A stretch of DNA of 64,000 nt from Candidatus Nanopelagicales bacterium (GTDB lineage Bacteria; Actinomycetota; Actinomycetes; S36-B12; JAWKJK01): the NCBI GenBank assembly GCA_041393815.1, contig JAWKJK010000003.1, positions 153,562 through 217,561 on the forward strand. Reading direction: 5' to 3'. A program made the position numbers and the translations under genes. The notes below the pieces were generated by a model. That model worked only from the letters and a program-made list of their open reading frames with translations, ran no database searches and was not told where the DNA came from. Of this stretch, positions 38,487-47,870 are shown one piece after another. Every line of letters begins with the position of its first letter. Within the stretch, counting starts at the first letter, position 1.

Positions 38487-39608
38487 ATGGACCCCGAGGA
38501 GCCGCGGCAGCGCGGCCTGTTCCGCCTCGGCGGGATCCCGGTGTCCGTCCCGTGGAGCGGGGTCATCGGGGTCCTGCTGATCGCCTGGCTGTGGTCCCCG
38601 CAGTTCGCCCTCGCCGGCGGCAGCACGACCGAGCAGGTCGTGCTCTCCGGCGCCTTCGCGGTGCTGCTGTACCTGTCGATCCTGGTGCACGAGCTGGCGC
38701 ACGCGTGGTCCGCACGTGCCTTCGGCTTCCAGGTCACCGGGATCGTGCTGTGGGTGCTGGGCGGGTTCACGCTGTACGAGCGGCAGCGCCAGCCCTCGCC
38801 GGGTCGCGAGGCGGCGGTCGCGGCCTCCGGCCCGATTGCCACCGCGCTCATCGCCGTGGTCACCGGCGTGGTCGCGGCGACCGTGGCCGGCGGCTGGGAC
38901 CCTCGGGTTGTCGTCCTGCTGGAGGCGCTGGCCTGGGGCAACGCGGTCATGGCGGTCTACAACGCACTGCCAGGCCTCCCGCTGGACGGGGGAGCGGTGC
39001 TCAAGGCTGTCGTCTGGGGCGCGACCCGCTCGGAGTACCGCGGCACGGTCGTCGCCGCCTGGTCCGGCCGGGTCCTGGCCGTCGTCCTGGTCGCGGCCCC
39101 ACTGGCGCTGTTCTGGGGGTCGGGCGCCTCGGCGGGGATCGGGCTGCTGCTCGCCGGCGCGATCTTCGCGGCGATCCTGTGGACCGGGGCCACCCAGGCG
39201 CTCCGGCGGGCGCGGGTCGAGGAGCTGCTGCCGTCGCTCACCGCCCAGGCACTGGCGCGCCGGGCCGTCCCGGTCGACAAGGACCTCCCGCTGTCGGAGG
39301 CGCTGCGCCGGCTCGGCGGGGCCGGCGCCGGCGGCCTGGTCGTCGTGGACCACGACGGGCAGCCCCTCGGGATCGCGCACGAGGCCGCCGTCAGCGCGAC
39401 GCCGCTGCAGCGGCGGCCGTGGGTGCCGGTCGGCAGCGTCTCCCGACGGATCGACCCCCGCGCCGTCCTGGCCCAGGACCTGGTCGGCGACGCCCTGCTG
39501 CGGGCGATGCAGGACCACCCCGCGCCGGAGTACCTGGTGGTCGACGGGGACGGCCGGGTCGTCGGGGTGCTGGCGGCACAGGACGTCGAGGCCGCCCTCA
39601 GCGCGTAG
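38487..39608 (+). CDS. site-2 protease (M50) family metallopeptidase with a C-terminal CBS pair
   Basis: HELAHAWSARAFGF (HExxH) within TM helices. The C-terminal VVVDHDGQPLGI / YLVVDGDGRVVGVL segments are CBS-like. Confidence 0.85.
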   Translation: MDPEEPRQRGLFRLGGIPVSVPWSGVIGVLLIAWLWSPQFALAGGSTTEQVVLSGAFAVLLYLSILVHELAHAWSARAFGFQVTGIVLWVLGGFTLYERQRQPSPGREAAVAASGPIATALIAVVTGVVAATVAGGWDPRVVVLLEALAWGNAVMAVYNALPGLPLDGGAVLKAVVWGATRSEYRGTVVAAWSGRVLAVVLVAAPLALFWGSGASAGIGLLLAGAIFAAILWTGATQALRRARVEELLPSLTAQALARRAVPVDKDLPLSEALRRLGGAGAGGLVVVDHDGQPLGIAHEAAVSATPLQRRPWVPVGSVSRRIDPRAVLAQDLVGDALLRAMQDHPAPEYLVVDGDGRVVGVLAAQDVEAALSA

Positions 39609-39642
39609 CCCGCCCGCCGCCGAGCGCCTCTCCGCGTTCATC

Positions 39643-39696
39643 GCTCGGTCGTGGGGGTTTCGGGACCGTCCTGAAACCCCCACGAGCGAGCACTCG
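39643..39696. repeat. family-2 palindromic repeat, copy B
   Basis: GCTCGGTCGTGGGGGTTTCGGGACCGTCCTGAAACCCCCACGAGCGAGCACTCG, followed by GGGGTGGGGAGG. Confidence 0.9.
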
Positions 39697-39748
39697 CTGG
39701 GGTGGGGAGGCTGGCGAGGGGGTCGGCGGGCGGCGGTAGGTTTCCCGC

Positions 39749-40774
39749 GTGCCCGACATCGAGCCGACGCCCGACGCGGTCGCCGACCACCCGGCCGCGG
39801 ACGCCGACCACCCGGCCGCGGACGTCGACCACCCGGCCGCGGACGCCGACCCGGGGGGCACCGACCACACCGACGTCCCCCCGGGTCCGACCGGGGCGGA
39901 GCACCGGCGCGGGCCGTTCCGCGAGGGCGACCTGGTCCAACTCACCGACCCCAAGGGCCGGATGCACACGGTGGCGCTGGTCCCCGGCCGGCAGTTCCAC
40001 ACCCACAAGGGGGCACTGCCCCACGACGAGTTGATCGGTCGCCCCGAGGGCATCGTGGTCACCTCGACCGGAGGCACGCCGTACCTCGCGCTGCGGCCGC
40101 TGCTCACCGACTTCGTGCTGTCGATGAAGCGCGGCGCCACGATCGTCTACCCCAAGGACGCCGCACGGATCGTGGGCCTGGCCGACGTGTTCCCCGGGGC
40201 CCGCGTCGTCGAGGCCGGCGTGGGGTCGGGTGCCCTGACCTGCTCGCTGCTGCGCGCGGTCGGCGACCAGGGCCTGGTGTCGTCGTACGATCGCAGGGAC
40301 GACTTCGCCGCGATCGCGCGCACGAACGTGGAGCGCTACTTCGGCGGCCCGCACCCGGCCTGGCGGCTCACGGTGGGGGACCTGCAGGACTCGCTGTCCG
40401 AGGCCGAGGTCGACCGGGTCGTGCTGGACATGCTGGCGCCGTGGGAGTGCCTCGACGCGGTCGCGTCCGCGCTCGTCCCGGGCGGCGTCCTGGTCGTGTA
40501 CGTCGCCACCACGACCCAGCTGTCCCGCATGGCGGAGACCCTGCGCGAGGACGGCCGGTGGACCGAGCCGAAGGCGGAGGAGTCGCTGCTGCGGACCTGG
40601 CACCTCGAGGGCCTGGCCGTGCGCCCGGACCACCGGATGGTCGGCCACACGGGGTTCCTGCTGGTGACTCGCCGACTCGCCGAGGGCACCGTGCTGCCGC
40701 CGCGTCGCACCCGCCCGGCCAAGGGTGCGTACGGCGAGGACTACGAAGGACCCGGCTCCGGGGATCGGGGCTGA
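39749..40774 (+). CDS. trmI: tRNA (adenine-N1)-methyltransferase with an N-terminal repeat extension
   Basis: [26 protein letters not shown]...[33 protein letters not shown]. No start codon lies closer to the conserved core than GTG 39749. Confidence 0.85.
   Translation: MPDIEPTPDAVADHPAADADHPAADVDHPAADADPGGTDHTDVPPGPTGAEHRRGPFREGDLVQLTDPKGRMHTVALVPGRQFHTHKGALPHDELIGRPEGIVVTSTGGTPYLALRPLLTDFVLSMKRGATIVYPKDAARIVGLADVFPGARVVEAGVGSGALTCSLLRAVGDQGLVSSYDRRDDFAAIARTNVERYFGGPHPAWRLTVGDLQDSLSEAEVDRVVLDMLAPWECLDAVASALVPGGVLVVYVATTTQLSRMAETLREDGRWTEPKAEESLLRTWHLEGLAVRPDHRMVGHTGFLLVTRRLAEGTVLPPRRTRPAKGAYGEDYEGPGSGDRG
39785..39847 (+). repeat. 21-bp tandem repeat x3 inside the trmI 5' region
   Basis: GACCACCCGGCCGCGGACG(C/T)C x3, encoding [14 protein letters not shown]. 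Confidence 0.9.
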
Positions 40775-40883
40775 ACCACCCGCCGCGGCCAACGCGACCC
40801 GCCGGAGGATCCGACGCATGGAGGGGTGGCGTACGCGCCCGACGTGGGTAGGGTCGAAGGAAGCGCCAAGGGAGGTGACCGAC

Positions 40884-42542
40884 GTGCCGTACGAGGACGA
40901 CGCCCCGCGCCTGCGCGCGATCGAGGACCGGCTGGCCGAGGTCCAGGACGAGCTGGCCGCCGCCAAGTCGCAGAACGTCCGGCTCGCGGCGACGCTGCGC
41001 GAGGCGCGCGAGCAGATCATCACCCTCAAGGCCGAGGTCGACCGGCTGGCCGAGCCGCCGAGCGGGTACGGCGTCTACCTCGAGACCCACGACGACGACA
41101 CCGTCGACGTCTACACGGCCGGGCGCAAGATGCGCGTCACGGTGAGCCCCGGGGTCGACGCCAGCGAGCTGCGGCCGGGCCAGGAAGTCATGCTCAACGA
41201 GGCGCTCAACGTCGTGGGTGCGATGGAGTACGAGCGGCACGGGCAGATCGTGATGTTCAAGGAGCTGCTCGAGGACGGCTCGCGCGCCCTGGTGCTCGGC
41301 CACACCGACGAGGAGCGGGTGGTGCCGCTGGCGCAGCCGCTGCGCGGCACCGTGCTGCGTGCCGGCGACTCCCTGCTGATGGAGCCGCGGTCGGGCTACG
41401 TGCTGGAGAAGATCCCGAAGGCCGAGGTCGAGGAGCTCGTGCTGGAGGAGGTCCCTGACATCGACTACGCCGACATCGGCGGCCTGGCCGGCCAGATCGA
41501 GCAGATCCGCGACGCCGTCGAGCTGCCGTTCCTGCACCCCGACCTGTTCGCCGAGCACAAGCTCGCCCCGCCCAAGGGGATCCTGCTGTACGGCCCGCCC
41601 GGCTGCGGCAAGACGCTCATCGCCAAGGCGGTCGCCAACTCGCTGGCCAAGAAGGTCGCCGAGCGCGAGGGTCGCGAGGCCGGACGGTCGTACTTCCTCA
41701 ACATCAAGGGTCCCGAGCTGCTGAACAAGTACGTGGGCGAGACCGAGCGGCACATCCGGCTGGTATTCCAGCGGGCCCGGGAGAAGGCGTCCGAGGGCAT
41801 GCCGGTCATCGTCTTCTTCGACGAGATGGACTCGCTGTTCCGCACCCGCGGCTCGGGCGTCTCCAGCGACGTGGAGAACACGATCGTGCCGCAGCTGCTC
41901 AGCGAGATCGACGGCGTGGAGAGCCTGGAGAACGTCATCGTCATCGGGGCGTCCAACCGCGAGGACATGATCGACCCGGCGATCCTGCGTCCGGGCCGGC
42001 TCGACGTGAAGATCAAGATCGAGCGGCCGGATGCGGAGGCCGCGCGCGACATCTTCTCGAAGTACCTCACCGCCGACCTGCCGCTGCACGCGGACGACCT
42101 GGCTGAGCACGATGGGTCGCCGGACACCGCGTGCGCGGCGATGATCCAGCGCGCCGTGGAGCGGATGTACAGCGAGATCGAGGAGAACCGGTTCCTGGAG
42201 GTCACCTACGCCGACGGGGACAAGGAGGTCCTGTACTTCAAGGACTTCAACTCCGGCGCGATGATCGAGAACATCGTCGCGCGGGCGAAGAAGATGGCCA
42301 TCAAGGACCTCTTGGACCACGGCCAGCGCGGCATCCGGGTGCAGCACCTGCTGACGGCGTGCGTGGACGAGTTCCGCGAGAACGAGGACCTGCCCAACAC
42401 GACCAACCCGGACGACTGGGCGCGGATCTCGGGCAAGAAGGGCGAGCGGATCGTGTTCATCCGCACCCTTGTCCAGGGCAAGCAGGGCACCGAGGCCGGC
42501 CGCTCCATCGACACGGTGGCCAACACCGGCCAGTACCTGTAG
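40884..42542 (+). CDS. arc: proteasome-associated AAA ATPase ARC/Mpa
   Basis: N-terminal coiled coil, OB domains, GPPGCGKT Walker A, and a C-terminal ...TGQYL tail. GTG 40884 is preceded by GGGAGG. Confidence 0.95.
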   Translation: MPYEDDAPRLRAIEDRLAEVQDELAAAKSQNVRLAATLREAREQIITLKAEVDRLAEPPSGYGVYLETHDDDTVDVYTAGRKMRVTVSPGVDASELRPGQEVMLNEALNVVGAMEYERHGQIVMFKELLEDGSRALVLGHTDEERVVPLAQPLRGTVLRAGDSLLMEPRSGYVLEKIPKAEVEELVLEEVPDIDYADIGGLAGQIEQIRDAVELPFLHPDLFAEHKLAPPKGILLYGPPGCGKTLIAKAVANSLAKKVAEREGREAGRSYFLNIKGPELLNKYVGETERHIRLVFQRAREKASEGMPVIVFFDEMDSLFRTRGSGVSSDVENTIVPQLLSEIDGVESLENVIVIGASNREDMIDPAILRPGRLDVKIKIERPDAEAARDIFSKYLTADLPLHADDLAEHDGSPDTACAAMIQRAVERMYSEIEENRFLEVTYADGDKEVLYFKDFNSGAMIENIVARAKKMAIKDLLDHGQRGIRVQHLLTACVDEFRENEDLPNTTNPDDWARISGKKGERIVFIRTLVQGKQGTEAGRSIDTVANTGQYL

Positions 42543-42557
42543 GCCCGCGTCCCGCGA

Positions 42558-42590
42558 GGGCACACGATCCGCTTTGCGGATCGTGTTGCA
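42558..42590. repeat. family-1 palindromic repeat, copy 4 (forward)
   Basis: GGGCACACGATCCGC-TTT-GCGGATCGTGTTGCA (one arm mismatch), then GCGGCGTGTCGGGG and TCACACGATCCGGGT. Confidence 0.9.
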
Positions 42591-42692
42591 TCGGGGTGCG
42601 GCGTGTCGGGGCAGGAGGCGGTCACACGATCCGGGTGATGGTGGTGCTGCGCCCCACGGGGGCACAGGGAGTTCCTGAGGCGGGTGAGGCGG

Positions 42693-44171
42693 CTACGGCC
42701 TGGCGGGGAGCTGGACGGTCGCGTGCGTCCCGGTCTCCCCGTCCGAGTCCAGGGTGACGGTCCCGCCGTTGGCCTCGACCAGCGCGCGCACCACGGACAG
42801 GCCAAGCCCGGAGCCGGGCACCTCGTCCGCGCGCGGTCCGCGCCAGAAGCGATCGAACACGTGCGGCAGGTCCTCGGGCAGGATGCCGGGTCCGGTGTCG
42901 GCCACGACGACGCGGGCCACGTCCGCAGCGGTGCCTCCGAGCTCCACGCGCACTGAGACCTCGTCGCCCGGGCGGCAGAACCGCGCGGCGTTGGACAGCA
43001 GGTTGCCCACCACCTGGTGCAGCTGGTCGCCGTCGGCGACGACGTGGATGCCGTCCTGCACCTGGGTATGAACCGTCAGACCCGCCGCGGCCAGGGCCGG
43101 TTCGTGCGCGGCCACGGCCGAGCGCACCAGGGCGGCGAGGTCCACGTCGGTGCGCGGACCGCGTGGGGTGGGGTCCTCCGCGGCGGCGAGCCGGGCCAGG
43201 TCGTCGACCACCCGCCCGAGTCTGAGCGCCTGGTCGTGCAGGCCGGCGAGGACCTGCGGGTCCGGCGGGACGTAGCCGTCGCGCAGCTCCTCCAGGCCGG
43301 CTTGGAGCACCGCCAGCGGGGTACGCACCTCGTGCGCGACGTCCGCGGCCATCTGCCGCCGCTGCGACTCTGCCAGTGCGACGGCGTCGGCGGCGTCGTT
43401 GAAGGCGGCAGCAACCTCCGCCACCTCGTCGGGACCGGCCTCCTGCGCCCGCGCCGTGCGGTCGCCGGCACCGAACGCGCGGGCGGTCCCCGCGAGCTCG
43501 CCGAGCGGCCGGGTGAGCCGCCGCGTCACCCACCAGCTCGCGAGAATGGCGACGCCGAGGGCGACCACGGCCGCCACCGCGATCCAGGTCCACGCCACCG
43601 ACCGGCCAGACCCGGCAGCCGGCGTGCCGAACCCCAGTCGTACGGTGCCCACCTGCTGGCCCTCGACGACCACGGGCGCGACGACCGCGCCGGACCCCGC
43701 GGACACGACCGCCCCTCCGCCCGGGCCCGGTCCGGAGCCCTGGCCGCTCGCCGGGTTGCCGCCGTCGGGGTTGCCGCCACCCGCCTGGCCGTGACCGTCC
43801 GTCCCCGTCCCGACGATGACGCCGTCCGCGTCCCGTACCGACAGCCCCGCGCCCGCCGCGGACGCGACCGCGGTCGCGTCGCTGAGGTCGGCACCCTCCC
43901 AGCCACCTGCGCGCGTGTACGCCTGCGCGGCCAGGTCGGCGACGGTCACCGCCACCGCCTCCCGCTCCTCCGTGCGCAGGGCGGACAGCCCGAGGCCGGA
44001 GCCGATCAGGGCGGAGACTGTGAGCACCGCGACGGCGACCAGCGAGACCACGGTGAAGGCGAGCAGCAGCCGACCGCCGAGCGACCCCCGCGCCCCGGAG
44101 CGCCGCGACCGCCGTCCCCCGGGGCGCGCCTCAGCGGTCACGGGGGAGCCCCAGCCGGTAGCCGACGCCAA
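42693..44171 (-). CDS. sensor histidine kinase (2 TM, HAMP, HisKA, HATPase_c)
   Basis: MAADVAHEVRTPL H-box, LLSNAARF N-box, DTGPGI and GSGLGLS motifs. GTG 44141 is an alternative start. Confidence 0.85.
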   Translation of the reverse strand: MASATGWGSPVTAEARPGGRRSRRSGARGSLGGRLLLAFTVVSLVAVAVLTVSALIGSGLGLSALRTEEREAVAVTVADLAAQAYTRAGGWEGADLSDATAVASAAGAGLSVRDADGVIVGTGTDGHGQAGGGNPDGGNPASGQGSGPGPGGGAVVSAGSGAVVAPVVVEGQQVGTVRLGFGTPAAGSGRSVAWTWIAVAAVVALGVAILASWWVTRRLTRPLGELAGTARAFGAGDRTARAQEAGPDEVAEVAAAFNDAADAVALAESQRRQMAADVAHEVRTPLAVLQAGLEELRDGYVPPDPQVLAGLHDQALRLGRVVDDLARLAAAEDPTPRGPRTDVDLAALVRSAVAAHEPALAAAGLTVHTQVQDGIHVVADGDQLHQVVGNLLSNAARFCRPGDEVSVRVELGGTAADVARVVVADTGPGILPEDLPHVFDRFWRGPRADEVPGSGLGLSVVRALVEANGGTVTLDSDGETGTHATVQLPARP

Positions 44172-44814
44172 CGACGGTCTCCACGACGGAGCCGCCGTCG
44201 GGGCCGAGCTTGCGGCGCAGGTTCTTCACGTGCGAGTCGATCGTGCGCTCGTAGCCGGCGAACTCGTAGCCGCGGACCCGGTTGACGAGTTCGTAGCGGG
44301 AGTAGACCCGGCCGGGGCTCGCGGCCAACGCCGTCAGCAGCCCCCACTCGGTCGGTGTGAGGTCCAGCTCGGTCCCGTCGAGGACGGCGACGTGGCGGTC
44401 GTCGTCGATGAGGAGCCGGCCCCCGCCGTACGACGGTGCCGCCGGACCGTCCGCCGTCTCCTCGCCGCGGCCGAGCACGGCCTGGACCCGCAGCACCACC
44501 TCGCGCGGGGAGAACGGCTTCGTCACGTAGTCGTCCGCGCCGAGCTCGAGGCCGGCGATGCGGTCCTCGACTCCTGACCGTGCAGTCAGCACGATGACCC
44601 GGGTTCCCAGACGGCGGGCCTCGCGCAGCACCTCCAGCCCGTCCACGTCCGGCAGCCCGAGGTCCAGCAGCATCAGGTCCACGCCGGTGCCCAGCGAGGC
44701 GATCGCCTCGGCGCCGGACCCGGTGGTGAGCACCGAGTGGCCCGCGCGCTCGAGGTAGCGACGCAGCAGGTCGCGGATGTCCCGCTCGTCCTCGACGACC
44801 ACGACCGCTGCCAC
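44131..44814 (-). CDS. OmpR-family response regulator
   Basis: [14 protein letters not shown]...[13 protein letters not shown]...DDYVTKPF...TVVGVGYRL. Confidence 0.9.
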   Translation of the reverse strand: MAAVVVVEDERDIRDLLRRYLERAGHSVLTTGSGAEAIASLGTGVDLMLLDLGLPDVDGLEVLREARRLGTRVIVLTARSGVEDRIAGLELGADDYVTKPFSPREVVLRVQAVLGRGEETADGPAAPSYGGGRLLIDDDRHVAVLDGTELDLTPTEWGLLTALAASPGRVYSRYELVNRVRGYEFAGYERTIDSHVKNLRRKLGPDGGSVVETVVGVGYRLGLPRDR

Positions 44815-44862
44815 GGGCCCATCCTGACGCGTCCCAGCCCGCGTGGCGGGCTGGGGAGGCAC

Positions 44863-44884
44863 CTCCACACGATCTCCACACGGA
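44863..44884. promoter_or_regulatory. candidate response-regulator operator: 11-bp direct repeat in the divergent RR / DUF2202 promoter region
   Basis: CTCCACACGAT followed by CTCCACACGGA, one helical-turn spacing. Confidence 0.3.
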
Positions 44885-44994
44885 CCGCACGACCCCTGCA
44901 GACCGGCCTCCGATGCTGCAGGTGTTCGCCCCCCAGACGGCGACGAAGACCCGGGCCGGAGCCCCGCGCGCTGGCCCCCGACGAAGGAGAGACC

Positions 44995-45705
44995 ATGCGA
45001 CGCACCCTCATCGTCGCCGGTGCAGCCGCCGGCGTCCTCACCCTCGGCGTGGCCGCCCCCGCGTTCGCCGCGGGCAACGGCTTCGGCCCCGGCACCGGCA
45101 CCGCGTCGGCGACCTGCGACGGCACCGGCGTTCCGCTGGCGGACGGCACCGGCACCGGCGGAGGCCCGTACGGACCGGCCGGGTCCGGCCGAGGCGCCGG
45201 TCGTGGCCAGGGCGGGCAGGGGTTCGGACAGGGCCCCGGGAACGGCACCGGCGCGAACGCCGCCGCCATGGGCACCCTGACCGCGACGCAGAAGGCCGAC
45301 CTGCAGTTCATGGTCGAGGAGGAGAAGATGGCGGGCGACCTGTACGCCGCCTTCGCCGCGAAGTACGACAGCGCCGAGTTCGCCCGGATCGCCGCCAGCG
45401 AGGACCGGCACATGGCGTCGGTGCAGAACCTGCTCGACAAGTACGGCATCGCCGACCCGACGGACGGCGCGAAGGCAGGCGTGTTCGACAACGCCGACCT
45501 GCAGGCGCTGTACAACAAGCTGCTGGCCCAGGGCATGACGAGCCTGGACGACGCGTACGACGCCGGCGTGCTGGTCGAGAAGACCGACATCGCGGACCTC
45601 GAGAAGGACCTCGTGGGCCTGACCGCCCCCGACGTGAAGCGGGTCTACACCAACCTGCTGCGCGGCTCCACCAGCCACCTGGCCTCCTTCGAGGCCCTGG
45701 CCTGA
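44995..45705 (+). CDS. secreted DUF2202 (ferritin-like) domain protein with a Gly-rich N-terminal region
   Basis: Signal [25 protein letters not shown], then [16 protein letters not shown]...[20 protein letters not shown]. Confidence 0.8.
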   Translation: MRRTLIVAGAAAGVLTLGVAAPAFAAGNGFGPGTGTASATCDGTGVPLADGTGTGGGPYGPAGSGRGAGRGQGGQGFGQGPGNGTGANAAAMGTLTATQKADLQFMVEEEKMAGDLYAAFAAKYDSAEFARIAASEDRHMASVQNLLDKYGIADPTDGAKAGVFDNADLQALYNKLLAQGMTSLDDAYDAGVLVEKTDIADLEKDLVGLTAPDVKRVYTNLLRGSTSHLASFEALA

Positions 45706-45792
45706 CACCCACGTACGACGGCACCACCCGCCCCACGCGTCACCGGGTGCGGGTGGTGTTGCGTCTTCCGGACGCGACACGCCGCCCCACCT

Positions 45793-45825
45793 GGGCACAC
45801 GATCCGCAAAGCGGATCGTGTGCCC
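45793..45825. repeat. family-1 palindromic repeat, copy 5 (reverse)
   Basis: GGGCACACGATCCGC-AAA-GCGGATCGTGTGCCC, preceded by GACACGCCGCCCCACCT. Confidence 0.9.
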
Positions 45826-45827
45826 GA

Positions 45828-45847
45828 GGGGTGGGGGAGGGGTGGGG
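45828..45847 (+). other. G-quadruplex-type motif 20 nt upstream of the dop start
   Basis: GGGG-T-GGGGG-A-GGGG-T-GGGG: four G-runs with 1-nt loops. Confidence 0.4.
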
Positions 45848-45866
45848 CGCGCCTACGCTGGTGGGC

Positions 45867-47387
45867 ATGAGCGTGCACCGGGTCATGGGGATCGAGACCG
45901 AGTACGGGATCTCGGTGCCCGGCCACCCGAACGTCAACGCCATGCTGACCTCGTCCCAGGTCGTCAACGCGTACGCGTCGGTGGCGATGGGGGAGCGGCG
46001 CGGCAAGACCCGCTGGGACTACGACGAGGAGACCCCGCTGCGCGACGCGCGCGGGTTCGACCTGTCCCGTGCCGAGGCCGACCCGACCCAGCTCACCGAC
46101 GAGGACCTCGGCCTGGCCAACCTCATCCTCACCAACGGGGCCCGGCTGTACGTCGACCACGCGCACCCGGAGTACTCCACGCCGGAGGTCACCAACCCGC
46201 GTGACGCGGTGGTGTGGGACAAGGCCGGCGAGCGGATCATGGAGCGCGCGGCCGCCCTCGCGTCCGCGGTCCCCGGGGCGCAGCCGATCCAGCTGTACAA
46301 GAACAACACCGACAACAAGGGCGCGTCGTACGGCTGCCACGAGAACTACCTGATGGCGCGCACCACCCCGTTCGCCGACGTGGTCCGGCACCTCACCCCG
46401 TTCTTCGTGTCCCGCCAGGTGGTCACCGGGTCCGGCCGGGTCGGCCTGGGCCAGGAGGGGCGCGAGCACGGCTTCCAGATCTCCCAGCGGGCGGACTTCT
46501 TCGAGGTCGAGGTGGGCCTGGAGACGACGCTGAAGCGCCCCATCATCAACACCCGGGACGAACCGCACGCCGACCCGGAGCGCTACCGGCGGCTGCACGT
46601 CATCGTGGGCGACGCGAACCTGTCGGAGACCTCCACCTACCTCAAGCTGGGCACGACCTCGCTGGTGCTGTCGATGCTCGAGGACGGGTTCTTGGACTTC
46701 GACCTGTCGCCGGCGAAGCCGGTGCAGGAGATGCACGCGGTGTCGCACGACCCCACGCTCGGCCACCAGATCGAGCTGCGCGACGGCCGTCGCCTCACCG
46801 CGGTGCAGATGCAGCTGGAGTACCTCGAGACCGCGCGCAAGTACGTGGCGGACCGGTACGGCGACGACGTCGACGAGCAGACCGCCGACGTGCTCGCCCG
46901 CTGGGAGTCGGTGCTGCTGCGGCTCGAGGACGACCCGATGCTGCTGGCCGCGGAGCTGGACTGGGTGGCCAAGCTCAGCCTGCTCGACGGATACCGCCGC
47001 CGGGACGGGCTGGACTGGGACGCGGCCCGGCTGCACCTGGTCGACCTGCAGTACTCCGACGTGCGCCGCGGCCGGGGGCTGGCCGCCCGGCTGGAGGAAC
47101 GGGGCTCGCTGCGCCGGCTGACGACGGACGAGGAGGTCGCGCGGGCGGTCGTCGAGGCGCCGCACGACACCCGCGCGTACTTCCGCGGGGAGTGCCTGCG
47201 CCGCTACGGCGACTCGGTCGCGGCCGCCTCCTGGGACTCGGTGATCTTCGACATCCCCGAGCGCGACGCGCTGCAGCGGGTTCCGACGCTGGAGCCGCTG
47301 CGGGGCACCAAGGCACATGTCGGGGCGCTGCTCGACGCCAGTCCCGACGTGGCCGCGCTGATGGCCAACCTCACCGACCGCGGCTGA
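45867..47387 (+). CDS. dop: Pup deamidase/depupylase
   Basis: [13 protein letters not shown]...[21 protein letters not shown]...[19 protein letters not shown]. Confidence 0.95.
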   Translation: MSVHRVMGIETEYGISVPGHPNVNAMLTSSQVVNAYASVAMGERRGKTRWDYDEETPLRDARGFDLSRAEADPTQLTDEDLGLANLILTNGARLYVDHAHPEYSTPEVTNPRDAVVWDKAGERIMERAAALASAVPGAQPIQLYKNNTDNKGASYGCHENYLMARTTPFADVVRHLTPFFVSRQVVTGSGRVGLGQEGREHGFQISQRADFFEVEVGLETTLKRPIINTRDEPHADPERYRRLHVIVGDANLSETSTYLKLGTTSLVLSMLEDGFLDFDLSPAKPVQEMHAVSHDPTLGHQIELRDGRRLTAVQMQLEYLETARKYVADRYGDDVDEQTADVLARWESVLLRLEDDPMLLAAELDWVAKLSLLDGYRRRDGLDWDAARLHLVDLQYSDVRRGRGLAARLEERGSLRRLTTDEEVARAVVEAPHDTRAYFRGECLRRYGDSVAAASWDSVIFDIPERDALQRVPTLEPLRGTKAHVGALLDASPDVAALMANLTDRG

Positions 47388-47434
47388 GCACGGGCCGGCC
47401 GGCCCCGAACACCGGGAACTGCGAGGAGGGCACG

Positions 47435-47740
47435 GTGCTGGGACGGCTGCGACGCTCGCTGGGCGGCTCGGCGCCCGGGATGAGCGCCGCGCTGGGCGCC
47501 CTGGACGAGGTGCTCAACCCCGCGGCGCACCGGGCCCGCGAACTGCTCGAGCACGACCACGAGCGGGTCGTGGCCACACCGTCCCCGGGCGACCGCCTGC
47601 TCAACGAGGGGGTGCTGGAACTGCCGGCGACCCCTCAGCCCAGCCGCTCCAACCGGAGCGCGAGCGCGGGGCAGGCGGCGACCGCCCGCTCGGCGAACCC
47701 GTGCAGGTGCTCGGGGACCGGACCGCCCACGAACGGGTAG
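47435..47740 (+). CDS. small hypothetical protein (DUF6191-like by eye); its 3' end overlaps the convergent ferredoxin gene
   Basis: GAGGAGGG SD 4 nt before the GTG: LGRLRRSLGGSAPGMSAALGALDEVLNPAAHRARELLEHDHERVVATPSPGD. The true stop is uncertain. Confidence 0.3.
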   Translation: MLGRLRRSLGGSAPGMSAALGALDEVLNPAAHRARELLEHDHERVVATPSPGDRLLNEGVLELPATPQPSRSNRSASAGQAATARSANPCRCSGTGPPTNG

Positions 47741-47865
47741 CCCCAGTCGTCGAGGGAGATGACCTCGGGCAGCAACTCGGCGCACAGCCCATGGGCGTCG
47801 CAGCGCAGCCAGTCGACCTGCAGCGACTCCATCCGACGGCCGGAGGTCACGGTCGATCCGTCCAT
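47635..47865 (-). CDS. small ferredoxin
   Basis: LQVDWLRCDAHGLCAELLPEVISLDDWGYPF...AVAACPALAL. GGAGGTG SD. Starts 5 nt after the stop of the NuoF-like gene. Confidence 0.7.
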   Translation of the reverse strand: MDGSTVTSGRRMESLQVDWLRCDAHGLCAELLPEVISLDDWGYPFVGGPVPEHLHGFAERAVAACPALALRLERLG

Positions 47866-47870
47866 CCCGG

